Origin: Histomonas meleagridis 2922-C6/04-290x
Lineage: Eukaryota; Protista; Parabasalia
DNA length: 64,000 nucleotides
Assembly (NCBI GenBank): GCA_020184695.1
Contig: JAANOX010000275.1
Location: forward strand, 124,001 to 188,000
Direction: 5' to 3'
The notes beneath the pieces were generated by a model that had not been told where the DNA came from, ran no database searches, and was given only the letters and a program-made list of their open reading frames with translations. The translations under genes and the position numbers were made by a program. This document shows positions 22,401 through 31,857 of the stretch, in pieces. Position 1 is the first letter of the stretch; every line of letters begins with the position of its first letter.

Positions 22401-23195
22401 GGAAAATTTATTGAAGGATTTATAGACTTCAATAACTTATCAATAATATCTGTTTTTGAAACAGATGTTGATATTTCACATTCTCTCATTTGTGATTCAA
22501 ATCGTGGTTTTACTCTAATTGATCCTCTTGAATCAGAGATGACTACTCTACGCAAGAACCAAATAAAAACAATGAAAATCGAGTCGTATGACAAAACAGG
22601 AACTATTTTTGATGGAAAAGATATTGTTTCTTATTCGAATGAAGGAACTTCACTTGTGATTTCAGAAGAAACCGGCAAAATAACCGCAATATGTCACGTT
22701 TCTCCTGAAATTCCTAATTGTGTATGTGCATCTAACAAATTCGATCTAATAGTTGTTGGTGTTGAAAGTGGGAAAATAATATTCTTTGATAAAAAAGAAG
22801 GAAAATATATAAGATCAATTAATGTTGATGCAACACCACTTAAAATTATGATAACTAATGAATGGGGATTTGTTTTGGTTCATTGTGATGATAGCTTTCT
22901 AAAAATGTATACTATAAATGGAAGAAAAATTGGCGAATGGGGTTTAGGAATTAAAATACAATGTTGGAGTTGTTGGAGTTCTGTAAAAGGATTTGATTAT
23001 GTTATAATTGCTGATGATTCAAACAAGGTGTATATGTTTGAAGCTCTAAGATTTGAAACATTTAAGATATTGATTCAAGTAGATAGTAAAGTCATATCAA
23101 TAACACCATTTCCAAAGTTCCCTGGTGTAGTAGTCATTACACAGAATGGAAAAGTCTCTTTTGTTCCTTTTGAATTGCCTGCTATGGATGTGTAA
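16473..23195 (+). CDS. BEACH-domain protein (ARM-like, ConA-like, PH, shortened BEACH, WD40)
   Basis: ISNLNYILALNIFGGRSYEIIDKYPILP, TPEFY, LESEEVSKQLNIWIDNTFG, then PQLF..PHP and a C-terminal beta-propeller. Confidence 0.85.
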   Translation: MKKNSDLIIEKLIEIITYFQQPKYMEFYSYENSNVYNFPLLEKQFFSQFLGNKRPTFEEIIQLLYSNFPFDPAFINGCIAEQFSIIEQEFGLISNSLGWISSPSFFSTDYFCLLLTAIIDLMHYINEVQLLNCIYIIIIIFTEVETIDSKNIISLTEFLVSNPQEPTVSIPILQLLLEQSYIIQDHNSISKVIQAINRLIIMSDKSIFRIDLTATLFLCSDRIYKLDLESLSLLATVSDFFGASNSILPIYTKLASVAISFIKEYQTDGKINFPEPIDPNKVPKLQNDVKLNQELFKDLPKLNPMNSDIYYSQVKIDDILNEKLFSIFNIFQSLLHRKTSTIPSTFLLEFTNLLRLNYNSKCFIEIYTFFISILNSFVDVSLPKALIKTIQQSPVFSSNYLLFFDENNFKILNFLRNLTFQTIMTNWPDDIPFFLLESESDPFLFAEHIGRINSVIPYSNISLFLVNPLIEELAKILKYFICLVNENKDNSLIFSAYSTVFIFVLNLTEDDEATKIAFSSSSFVEIYLAHIFYDSLCPIILNLVRNFLTKSFNEVALNNIISYLIILFNSNNLPLKIAINLLEYIEDIILLNQEIVKYFIQFVSSVLNYFNKNPSKELFKSLLSILLVMVCNIDNFHMSNKEMIDFGSKIKEMENGNCSKSTFYILLALLSGNKLTSSMTFLVKNPYFIILLLSNSSNDYRKLLKKFMKLCKYSIYNIIQLHNGGLDLFLIELIRTYPNDFQYLSINFKQVLSEKELDEIVYPLLKLIFSYKSSFVSIERLISTILPDLNENFPKFTNKTIDFLLNMSVSKNKLNPEIKYIYHPKSESITQKLENFDINKGFTFACILLLDHPSLTTSNPLIVKFNDGSSSMVFYLNGLTLNCEIVTKTKISSAPVIMALPSCNWIYLSIMTKILKDTNEINFLFMLSKEQSYAFTAPNPNFDTKNLTITYGGFKNVDKKSKGINCFLGDIYLFSKIFTISEISSLFSAGIGTNINLIAKQLVNKSGYIQTFKDVFDRYKFSDTIIQFFKFTATSPPQFIEKIIDICQLFHDKTVFDFIPYYLLQFDNSFLVYSLYLRFYTLFTLTNYESIFEKLLFNFKVWTSAKSDHLKRIVKHWCNVLFPTYSTFFIKYFPFHEILAQIRLFFYFSEEDSDFVEIHDINKEIKTCRIHLNKLLYQYASIQLTDNDVEYLISHIYTCNDIEQKCMFLSLLNEISDFIKDKKSAANQLNPLFLSSNINVFILTVQVILSLKEFSQIEYLSFHLEKIKMTKDLFDNIILLINDHPELLSIAIQISLNCNCESIINEKLSDKNFVVQNSLRFVSYNTWYIYPFLTFVSYPEIEENILYFFSYIFLTKNFIGFNELFCLIDILQTKLKIDLYKYKLLMLKSLLENDLIEGHEKEVMELCFRYLMFSFDYQLHSDSLLNEYFNSCFNNNEIYQRNNINLNVIHQFIELDLTNINLIFRVNINSDLIPEFNDIIHLIIKLSSKIKSQKEYLLNFFVIFLNKIINHDTKVKIENVENFSIIFLQLSIQCLNSLQSHLRNTCNHSIELLSISSNIQLSLNSLHSQQIMLEVNDCNMMNKENINNFQCLTPYSIWKSFSHPSNKEILPRKMSKNFQKLRLKPFIKKIGIPPNKFTLNISNLFHCNSIYIQLNKQMKCKFIISGTQIIILSSTIYKVIEFNDISYILTRENYIIEIITKNFVPYCFQFIENDFPIVISQIKPSFFKQTYTLQKNTFSQFISQMNLTKDWIDDKISNLNYILALNIFGGRSYEIIDKYPILPFIRDFNDNSIGYVSKPSVWLEFFPIGENISNTNSKEFNQLFQQEKYELTPEFYLIPECFDSLVDDPIKFVYNMRVKLESEEVSKQLNIWIDNTFGINHRIDTPQLFNVPHPRKQFVPNSLRKKKRRTSFDNINDRHKFDEIVSSGNRRVSYYEDSKFEGSNVPLFVQIPFREIKSSNVSFINDDIILRFISTTGKFIEGFIDFNNLSIISVFETDVDISHSLICDSNRGFTLIDPLESEMTTLRKNQIKTMKIESYDKTGTIFDGKDIVSYSNEGTSLVISEETGKITAICHVSPEIPNCVCASNKFDLIVVGVESGKIIFFDKKEGKYIRSINVDATPLKIMITNEWGFVLVHCDDSFLKMYTINGRKIGEWGLGIKIQCWSCWSSVKGFDYVIIADDSNKVYMFEALRFETFKILIQVDSKVISITPFPKFPGVVVITQNGKVSFVPFELPAMDV

Positions 23196-23247
23196 AAAAT
23201 CGGATTTTTATTAACGGTCTTTTTAAACGTGTCCAATTTTTTTTGTG

Positions 23248-23940
23248 ATGTCTTCTGCATCTGAAATAAATAGACAAAGAAATAATCAATCGCATTTGTT
23301 TGGTGACGAACCACAGCAAAAACGTTATGAGTTACCGCAAGAAACATATCAAGGATTAGAAGCAGCTAATCAAAATAGAGCAAGAAACTTAGAATCAAAT
23401 ATATTTTCTAACCAATCAAAGCCAGCAAACACACAAAAATATGCATCTCCTACAATACCTTCATCAATTCGACAAAGACAACAATTTAATTCGAATGAAT
23501 CTTATTCTCCTTCAAGAAATCAAGAACCACAAATGAATCAAAGACATGAAACCCCCGATTATTACAATTCTACTGAAAATAATTTAATTCAACTTCGAAA
23601 TCATAAATCTTCTTTTCAAAATATGCAAGTTTCTCCTGCTAGCTTACCATCTATTGATTCTTCTTATATTCAAAGTTCACAAGTACCTCAATTATCAGCC
23701 TTTCCCGAAATTAATTTTACAAATGAAGAATTTAACACTAATATACAATTTCAAATAAAACCACCAACATCACAAAGCGATTGTAATAAGAAAAAACTTA
23801 ATTTTGTCGTTAGTCATGATATCCAAAATCTTCGGGATGAGGTTACAAGAGATACTCAACAACTTGAGCAAAAAATACAACAGATGAATCACATTGAAGT
23901 TCAAACTCCATCACGCCCAATTACAGCTCTTAAAGATTGA
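23248..23940 (+). CDS. Hypothetical Gln/Asn/Ser-rich disordered protein with C-terminal coiled coil
   Basis: 231-codon ORF with host codon usage; no known domain recognised. Confidence 0.6.
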   Translation: MSSASEINRQRNNQSHLFGDEPQQKRYELPQETYQGLEAANQNRARNLESNIFSNQSKPANTQKYASPTIPSSIRQRQQFNSNESYSPSRNQEPQMNQRHETPDYYNSTENNLIQLRNHKSSFQNMQVSPASLPSIDSSYIQSSQVPQLSAFPEINFTNEEFNTNIQFQIKPPTSQSDCNKKKLNFVVSHDIQNLRDEVTRDTQQLEQKIQQMNHIEVQTPSRPITALKD

Positions 23941-24062
23941 AGTTTTCATCGTCGTAAAAATAAACCGAAATATAAATCTGAAAACGCCACAAAAAGTGTA
24001 ATGTATAATAACTTTTTCAATCGTGAATGACGGTTATTTTTATTGGAAAATTCTTCACAAAA

Positions 24063-24668
24063 ATGAACGCCCAAACTGGATTCGAGAATGCGCCAAATAT
24101 TAAACTTGTCCTTTTAGGACAGTCTACTGTGGGTAAAACTAGCATTGTAAATGTTGTACATGGCGGTGAATTTATTCCAGATCAAACAGCAACAATCGGC
24201 GCTTGTTTCCATATCAAAAAGATGAAAGTTAATGATGTAGCTTTGAAACTTCACATATGGGATACCGCTGGACAAGAAAGATTTCGTTCTCTTGCACCAA
24301 TGTATTATCGTGACGCCCAATTTGCTTTATTAGTTTATGCGATTGATAACCCTGATAGTTTTAATGCAATCGATACTTGGTATAGAGGCCTTTGCGATGA
24401 TTGTCCAGAAATGCCACACGTAGTTTTAATCGCAAATAAAAATGATTTGGTTGATAATCGGCAAGTTACAACTGAACAAGGAAAAGAACTTGCAGCTAAA
24501 CTCAACAGTAAGTTTTATGAAGTTAGTGCTAAAGAAGACCCTGAATCAATCAACCGAATGATTGAAGAAATTGCTGAAGTTGCATCTAAGGATTTATCCC
24601 CAAATGCAGGTTCACCAAATACAATTGAAAAAGTATCAGAAAAAGAGCGAAAGAATAAATGCTGTTAA
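24063..24668 (+). CDS. Rab-family small GTPase
   Basis: GQSTVGKTS, WDTAGQERFRSLAPMYYR, NKND, EVSAK, C-terminal CC; the upstream ATG 24027 overlaps an M3-like GACGGTT, and Inr TCACA at 24055 favours ATG 24063. Confidence 0.93.
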   Translation: MNAQTGFENAPNIKLVLLGQSTVGKTSIVNVVHGGEFIPDQTATIGACFHIKKMKVNDVALKLHIWDTAGQERFRSLAPMYYRDAQFALLVYAIDNPDSFNAIDTWYRGLCDDCPEMPHVVLIANKNDLVDNRQVTTEQGKELAAKLNSKFYEVSAKEDPESINRMIEEIAEVASKDLSPNAGSPNTIEKVSEKERKNKCC

Positions 24669-25197
24669 CTTCCAATTTATTATTTCTCTAGGAATTAATT
24701 CCTTAAAATAATCCTTAGCTTTAAAGTCATTTTTTCTCTATTGTAATATTGTTAATTAATATATGGATGAAACAAAAATCTCCCATAAAATGCTTACAAA
24801 TTTGATTGAAGCAAAACGACATTTATTTTATATGGCTATTTAAATAATCAAAAAGTTATAGCTGATTTAACTGAGTTTGTTTATTAACACATATCGTTTT
24901 GAGGTTCTGACGAACATATTGTGGGTTTAGTGACTTACTATAAAATTTATATTTAAAAGAAATTCTATAAGATAGATCGTTAATTAACCTCGTCCTCATT
25001 ATAATTTGGAACATAATGCAGAAACTCCTATTTCCTGATCAGATTTTTTGAACGATAGCAAATTCAAATTTTAAAGTCGTTGGTTTTGACAACTTTTTCC
25101 GCCAAAGTATGCGTTTGAGAATTTATTTTCGCTCAAAATTCATTAGGCCCGAAAACCGTTAATTTAATTCAGATTAAAACAGGTCAACAAAATAGTG

Positions 25198-28059
25198 ATG
25201 GAAATGCCCAACACAAAAGAAGAAAATTTTTTTTGTGCAAATTTTGGCTACATCACCGGATACACAGTCCCAATTATATTATTTATATCAACGATTATAT
25301 CAATTACACAAATTTTTCCAAATGATATTGATGGATTCGTTTTAAGGAGGACAAAATCTATTTACCCTCATAATTTAGCTCTCATGTATGAACATGCTAA
25401 ATATAAATTTCCTGTTCTTTATGTTCCTACAAATGATAGTCATAGCTTTTTCTCAGTTAATTTCAAAACAATACCCACAGATGATCTATATGCACTACGG
25501 CATTTAATTACTTTTAGTTCTGAGAACTATCAAATCAAGAATCTTTTTTATCATCTCAAAAACATTTCATTTGCAACAAAATTAGAATCGGAATTTCATG
25601 ATACCTATACCACTTATTATTTTTCTACAACCAACAAAAATGATTTTTTCAATATTTTTCCAATTTTTTTTGATGCAATCTTCCATCCACTTATAAATAC
25701 CAATACAGTTTCGAGTGAATGTTTTCGTCTTGAATATGATCCAACACAATCAGAGCCATTACAATTTAATGGCACCATTTATAATGAATTAAAAAATTAC
25801 ATCAGTCAACCCGAGACAATCTTTACTGAAGCATTACACAAAGACTTATTTTCATATAAAACCGAGCATAGTATTTCTAATGTCACAGTCAACAAATTAA
25901 AAGAAATTCATCAACAATATTATCGACCCGAAAACATGTATATCTTTTATTATGGCACAATACCAGCTAAAACCATCTTAAACAAGTTAACAAGTGTCAT
26001 AAGTAATGTCTCATTTAACCACAGTAAACCATTGAATATTGAAGAACTCAAAATCAAGAAACTTAATCGATCTAAAACTGATGCCATTTATGTACCAGCA
26101 AAGAATGGCCTAGTTCGCTCATTATCATGGGTTACCGGTGATTTACATAACACATCAGATTACTTTGATTTTAATTTTTTATTATTACATTTATCTAATT
26201 TTTATCCACATCATAATCGCACCATTAAACTTCGTCATTTTGGTACACAAATATTCTTAACAATAACAACAAATGAAGAAATTCATATTGGCATTACACA
26301 ATATTTAAATAATTTAATAACAAAAGGCTTTGATAACATATTAATTTTTCAGTTATTAAATCAATATGAAATAAATTTAATGATTAATGATGAAATTCAA
26401 GGATATAAAATATGGAAACGTATCATTAATGGATGGGTGAATGACATTGATCCATTTAAATTAATTGATCCTATTTGGGAGATTGAGCGCTTGCGACAAA
26501 TGATAACTATATATCCGCATTATTTACAAGAGCTTTTGCAACAACGAATTATTAATAATCCGATAAAATTAGAATTAATATTAATTGAAAATGAAAACCA
26601 AATAAATTATCAACAAGAAAACGAAAAGAAATTAATTACTTATATTAAAGATTCACTTTCTAAAAATGATATTCGAAACATTCAAATGTTATCAAATATA
26701 ATCGAAAAATATTCCACTTCGAAAGATGACTTAAATTTAATTAATGAAAACCAAATAAAAATTACTGACTTTAAAGATCCTCCAAGAAATATTAATATAA
26801 AAACTATAAATAATGATAATGATGATATTAAAATTATACCAATTGATAATAAAGAAATGTTTTCATTAGAAATTAAATGTAAATTACCATTAGATTCAAT
26901 ATATATAGAATATGTTCCACTGTTGAAAGGTTTATTCGAAAGTGTCAATGAAAATAATTTTATTTCAGAAATTTTAACTTCTCAAGAAATTAGTTTAACT
27001 AGTGGAATCATTTGTAATTTACATACACAACAAGATGATATTAATAATACTGTTAATGGTTATTTTACTATACGTTCATCAGCACAATTAAAAAATGCGA
27101 TTTTATTATTTTCGATATTCGAGAAAATGTTTTTAAAAGAAAATTTTTTTGATAATGAACAAATCTTAAAATCGATAAAAGAATTAAACTTTAACTTAAA
27201 CAAAGATAGTGATAATAATAAAGTTGAGTTTAATTCTCGATTAGCATCATCCGATTTTACAAATTCGACAATATTAAATGAAATATGGAATGGTTATTCA
27301 TCGATTAATAAGATTAAAAAGTTATTAGATAATAATGATGATGAAACTATATTAGAAATCTTTAAGAAAACGTATAAAAAAGTATTTTTAAGATCGAATT
27401 TTAGTTTGTCAATACATTGTCATCAAAGTTTATCAAAAGTTTTAAATGAATATGGAACCAATTTAATAAACAAATTAAATAATTATAAAATTGGAAATTC
27501 CGAAAAATATAATAAAAACTTTTGGAATGAAATCAAAAATAATTTGGTAACAAACTCAAAAGAAAACAATTATTCAACTTTAGCCATTTTATTAAATACG
27601 AAAAGTATTAATTTATTGTTGGCAACAAATTTGGTTACAAATATATTAAATGATTATTATATAATTCCATTATTAAAAAGTAATAATTTAAATGTAAATT
27701 TGTCAACAAATGTTTACATAGAAGAAAAAATTGTTACTTTCACTATAAGAAATACAAATGAGCCGAAAATGATATTCCAAATGATTAATGAATCTATAGA
27801 TAAAATAATTAATGATAAAGTTGACGACGAAATTATTAAGTTCGAAATAATTAACTTAATGAGAGAAATAGATAAACCGATGAAAGAATTCGATTACGGA
27901 AGAAAGGAATTTATCTTTAATTTGAATTATGACGAGGAAATAAAAAGAAGAAAAATTATTTTGAACTTGAAAAAAGAAAATGTAACAAAAGGTGCAATTT
28001 TGCTGAAAAACGGAAAAAGAAAATATATAATTAACGGTAAAAAAGTGTCCAATGTTTGA
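25198..28059 (+). CDS. M16C (presequence protease/PreP-like) peptidase homolog with degenerate active site
   Basis: FSVNFKTIP, FSSENYQIKNLF, TYTTYYFSTTNKNDFFN, FFDAIFHP, FNGTIYNELK, QQYYRPEN mirror PreP/Cym1; HxxEH motif absent (YALRHL). Confidence 0.75.
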   Translation: MEMPNTKEENFFCANFGYITGYTVPIILFISTIISITQIFPNDIDGFVLRRTKSIYPHNLALMYEHAKYKFPVLYVPTNDSHSFFSVNFKTIPTDDLYALRHLITFSSENYQIKNLFYHLKNISFATKLESEFHDTYTTYYFSTTNKNDFFNIFPIFFDAIFHPLINTNTVSSECFRLEYDPTQSEPLQFNGTIYNELKNYISQPETIFTEALHKDLFSYKTEHSISNVTVNKLKEIHQQYYRPENMYIFYYGTIPAKTILNKLTSVISNVSFNHSKPLNIEELKIKKLNRSKTDAIYVPAKNGLVRSLSWVTGDLHNTSDYFDFNFLLLHLSNFYPHHNRTIKLRHFGTQIFLTITTNEEIHIGITQYLNNLITKGFDNILIFQLLNQYEINLMINDEIQGYKIWKRIINGWVNDIDPFKLIDPIWEIERLRQMITIYPHYLQELLQQRIINNPIKLELILIENENQINYQQENEKKLITYIKDSLSKNDIRNIQMLSNIIEKYSTSKDDLNLINENQIKITDFKDPPRNINIKTINNDNDDIKIIPIDNKEMFSLEIKCKLPLDSIYIEYVPLLKGLFESVNENNFISEILTSQEISLTSGIICNLHTQQDDINNTVNGYFTIRSSAQLKNAILLFSIFEKMFLKENFFDNEQILKSIKELNFNLNKDSDNNKVEFNSRLASSDFTNSTILNEIWNGYSSINKIKKLLDNNDDETILEIFKKTYKKVFLRSNFSLSIHCHQSLSKVLNEYGTNLINKLNNYKIGNSEKYNKNFWNEIKNNLVTNSKENNYSTLAILLNTKSINLLLATNLVTNILNDYYIIPLLKSNNLNVNLSTNVYIEEKIVTFTIRNTNEPKMIFQMINESIDKIINDKVDDEIIKFEIINLMREIDKPMKEFDYGRKEFIFNLNYDEEIKRRKIILNLKKENVTKGAILLKNGKRKYIINGKKVSNV

Positions 28060-28693
28060 TAAAGATTGTGTTAATGCGATATATAAAATGTAATTTAATT
28101 TGTAAATGTTTTTTATCTTTTTTATTTGTTGAAATAATTTGTAATTGTAATGGGATTCTACAATTTAGATTAAAGAAGTTATCATTATGAATGTGCACAT
28201 TTTTCTTACTCAAATTTACAATTTTTATAAAGTCAATAATCATTTCCATGGAAACATTACTGTTTTTAATTGTCAACAATTTTTAATAGCTCTTCTTTCG
28301 TCTTCACACCTTATAATTATCATGGGTATAATAAAAATCAAAAGACACAGTGCGTACATATTGCTCTTGATAAATTTTAGTTTGATTAAATTTTCGAAAA
28401 TTTATTTAAAATTATTTTGATGGTGAATAAGGTTTGTATTGATGTATTAAAACACAAATAAATTTTTGCTGAAATTCTTTCCTTTTGAATTCGAAATAGT
28501 TGTTAGTAAATATTTCTTTTGCTAATAGATTTCAATCAGCACCAAATAGTGGCTTAAAATTGTTTTTTCCAATAGCTTTCATTAATTTATGAAAAACACA
28601 AAGCCTGAAGAGGTGATGAAAGAGGAATCGATTTCGACTCAAATGATCTTATCGGCGTACCAAAAAATTGAATAATAAATAATCGTTTTAATA

Positions 28694-30373
28694 ATGCTGA
28701 TTTTATTATGCTATGCATATTGGGAATCAACAGCGCCATGGAAAGAATCAATATTAATGAAAGACCCTAACTATCTTCCAGTGCCACCTATGTTTGTTCT
28801 TAATAAATCAAAATATTATTCAAAACCTGTTTTCCAAGATTATCTCACAGAAATTGAAGATAATGATTCCAATGACTTCAATGGATCATACTATATATCT
28901 AATTTAAATCAAAAAATAAATATTACAGATAACATCAATCAATTAATTTCTCTTTGTAATCAAAACATTACAAAAGCGTGTTTAATAATTGGAAGAATTT
29001 ATGAATTTGGAAGTTATAATATTACACAGGACATTCCCTTATCATATGAATATTATAAGAAAGCAAATTCATCAGCATCACTATCATTTTTAAATAGACA
29101 TTATTTCAACAACCACAACTTATCCATTGCCCAAGCAGATTCTACCCAAGAGTTTATTGAATCATCACTTTCAACTGCTTTTCAATACAATTCAGGAATT
29201 CTTCGATCTGAATCATGTTCATTATCAAGCAATATTCTTCTTCCAATTGGGAAAGCTATTTCACGTATGATAAAGCGTGAAATTAAGTTGAATCCAGAGC
29301 CTTTTAATGAGTCAAATGCACGCTCACTTCATAACCAAGCATTATTCATTTTATCACAACCTTATATTTCTAGTACTGAAATAAGTACTGCCAGATCTCT
29401 TCTAGAGAATGCAATTTTACAAAATTTTCATGAATCTGTAACTCCGTTTGTTCGTCTTCATCTTGAAGGCTATGTTGAATACGATAACATAACTGAAATT
29501 ATTATGTATTTACAACCAGGACTTGAGTTACAAGATTCAGATGCCCAGCTTCTTATGTCGGAATACTATTCTTTAGACGATCCATCAGTTTCAAACCCAA
29601 AGCTTTCTATAGCTTATCTGAAAAGTGCATCAAGACAGGGGAACCCCGAAGCTATCCACCGTTTAGCTACATATATTAGATATGGATTATTAGGGATTAA
29701 AAAAGATGAAAAAAAGGCATTTATCCAATATAAAAGGGCTGCAGCTCTTGGATATCTTCCTTCTATTTATAAGGTTGGTAAGTTATATATTGAAGGAATT
29801 GGAACAAAGCAAGATTGTGAAAAAGGGAATGAAATGCTAAGAAGAGTTTTAAACTTTGCTCCATGGTCTATTATATTCAACAGATATGTTTCTAAAGGAT
29901 CTATCCATTCTTTTATCAAGATGATTGACATGAATTTATTATCAACAAATTGGTACAATATCGATCCTAAAGAGCACGAACTTGCTTACAATATGTCTCT
30001 TAATTCTTTCAAACAAAACTTTACCAACAATTACACACAATCTTTAAATCGAACAAAAGGTGCAATGTCTGGGGATGGCGCATCAATGATGTGGATGGCT
30101 TTCACATCTCCTCTTGAGGACGCAATGGAATGGCTGAATATGCTAAAACTCACTTCACCACTTTTTGCATTGCTCGAACCAATGATAAAACATATAATAA
30201 TTATCAAAAATACAATTTTGTTTATCAAAGGGAAATTGTCATTAAGCGAAAAGAAGATATTTCACAATGTATCAATGCAAATGTTGGAAAAACATTTGAT
30301 TTTCATTACATTTATTTGTTTGTTGTATTTCATATATATTCGTGTTAGATTAACATATCCAAAATTTAAATAA
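28694..30373 (+). CDS. SEL1-repeat membrane protein (SEL1L/Hrd3-like)
   Basis: Signal peptide, SEL1 repeats (YLKSASRQGNPEAIHRLATY, YKRAAALGYLPSIYKVGKLYIEGIGTKQD) and a C-terminal TM helix. Confidence 0.8.
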   Translation: MLILLCYAYWESTAPWKESILMKDPNYLPVPPMFVLNKSKYYSKPVFQDYLTEIEDNDSNDFNGSYYISNLNQKINITDNINQLISLCNQNITKACLIIGRIYEFGSYNITQDIPLSYEYYKKANSSASLSFLNRHYFNNHNLSIAQADSTQEFIESSLSTAFQYNSGILRSESCSLSSNILLPIGKAISRMIKREIKLNPEPFNESNARSLHNQALFILSQPYISSTEISTARSLLENAILQNFHESVTPFVRLHLEGYVEYDNITEIIMYLQPGLELQDSDAQLLMSEYYSLDDPSVSNPKLSIAYLKSASRQGNPEAIHRLATYIRYGLLGIKKDEKKAFIQYKRAAALGYLPSIYKVGKLYIEGIGTKQDCEKGNEMLRRVLNFAPWSIIFNRYVSKGSIHSFIKMIDMNLLSTNWYNIDPKEHELAYNMSLNSFKQNFTNNYTQSLNRTKGAMSGDGASMMWMAFTSPLEDAMEWLNMLKLTSPLFALLEPMIKHIIIIKNTILFIKGKLSLSEKKIFHNVSMQMLEKHLIFITFICLLYFIYIRVRLTYPKFK

Positions 30374-30587
30374 TTTTTTAGAAATAAATATTTGTTTTAA
30401 ACAATTATTTTGTTTTTGTAATTTTAAATTAAAAAAAGAATTAATTTTTCCTTTACGTAAAATGGATCCAACATGATCAATATTAATAAAAATGATGCTT
30501 CTGTTTTGACACTTTTTTATTTTGAATACTTTCTTTCCTTAACACATAAACGGCCCCCAGACTTCCACTTTTTATACAAGGAACAAA

Positions 30588-31514
30588 ATGGAACAAACAG
30601 AAACACCCAGAACAGTACTCAAACCAAATGACATTGTTCCTTTTTTTATCAATGTTGTTAATGATAGTCAGCGCCTTTATGAAATTGTTCAAGTTCCATT
30701 AAACGAAGCCAATCCTACACAAATAGCTAATAATCTTGTAGAAGACTTTGGTATTAGTCGAGGTTTTATTGAACCAATTTTATCTCTTGTTGAAACCCAA
30801 TATGATGATTTCAACAAAGTTAGTACTCAAATTCCAACAACAGAATGGGCTATCAACGGAAGTGCAGTACACATTCTCACCATTGAAGTAGGCATAGATG
30901 CTGTTGTTTATGGTGACATGATTGAATGGGATATCTTCGATGAATCAGCAGATCCAGATGAGTTTGCTCGCCAAACAGTCAAAGAACTAGCACTTCCGGT
31001 AGAATTTTCCAATGTCATATCAGCTCAAATACGGTGGCAAGTTATTCGCTTACGTGCAATGCATTGTTATCCAGAAAGATTTCAACAATACATTCAAGAA
31101 AATCGAATTGCCGCACCACAAGTTCAAAAAGGTCTTCGTTCTGGGTCTGACTTACTTGATGCTTCCCCTGTTGTTGGTTTAGTTCCAGGTGTCACAGAGA
31201 AAAAAGCAATTTCATCTCGTGATCGCCATGCAAGACATCTTAAAAGACAAGGTCACACTGTTTCACGTGGCGCTTTGCAACCAGATGAAGATAAGGGCGT
31301 TATCCCAGTCAAGCTAGTTCCCGTAGTGAGAGGGATGCCGATGCCCGAGGATAGCCCATCAATCAATTTGGCTGCAGTCCCATCAATGTTGAATGACGAT
31401 GCGTACGATAGCCCAGATCTCGTTGAAAAAGTGGCGCGGAAATTCAATTCACCTCTTTTATTATCACATGCTCATGGATTAAATGATTCGGGATCTGATT
31501 CTGGAAGTGATTAA
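30588..31514 (+). CDS. SNF5: SNF5/SMARCB1-family chromatin-remodelling subunit
   Basis: SNF5 repeats: PTQIANNLVEDF and DMIEWDIFDESADPDEFARQTVKELALPVEFSNVISAQIRWQ. Confidence 0.8.
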   Translation: MEQTETPRTVLKPNDIVPFFINVVNDSQRLYEIVQVPLNEANPTQIANNLVEDFGISRGFIEPILSLVETQYDDFNKVSTQIPTTEWAINGSAVHILTIEVGIDAVVYGDMIEWDIFDESADPDEFARQTVKELALPVEFSNVISAQIRWQVIRLRAMHCYPERFQQYIQENRIAAPQVQKGLRSGSDLLDASPVVGLVPGVTEKKAISSRDRHARHLKRQGHTVSRGALQPDEDKGVIPVKLVPVVRGMPMPEDSPSINLAAVPSMLNDDAYDSPDLVEKVARKFNSPLLLSHAHGLNDSGSDSGSD

Positions 31515-31857
31515 TCAGAAAAAAATAAACTTTTATAGAAATTGTAAATTAATCCTTTTTCATCACTATTCATTAATACTGAAATAATAACCAGAGATAA
31601 AGAAATTGTTTTGGCTTTTATAAAAGATGTTGTTTTAAGTTTTTATCATTGACTTGAATTCATGATTAATTTCAGATTAAAAAAATCCTGAAAATGAAAA
31701 AAAAGTAATTCATTATTTCAAGGGAGAGTTTTTCTAGAAAATTCATCATGACATAGAACAAAGTTTGATATACTGAGTTAAGTGCTCTAAATTTTCGTGA
31801 AATGTAATTTAGGGCACCCCCTTTTCATGGTCAGCTAAAATTTAAAAATATTTCCTT

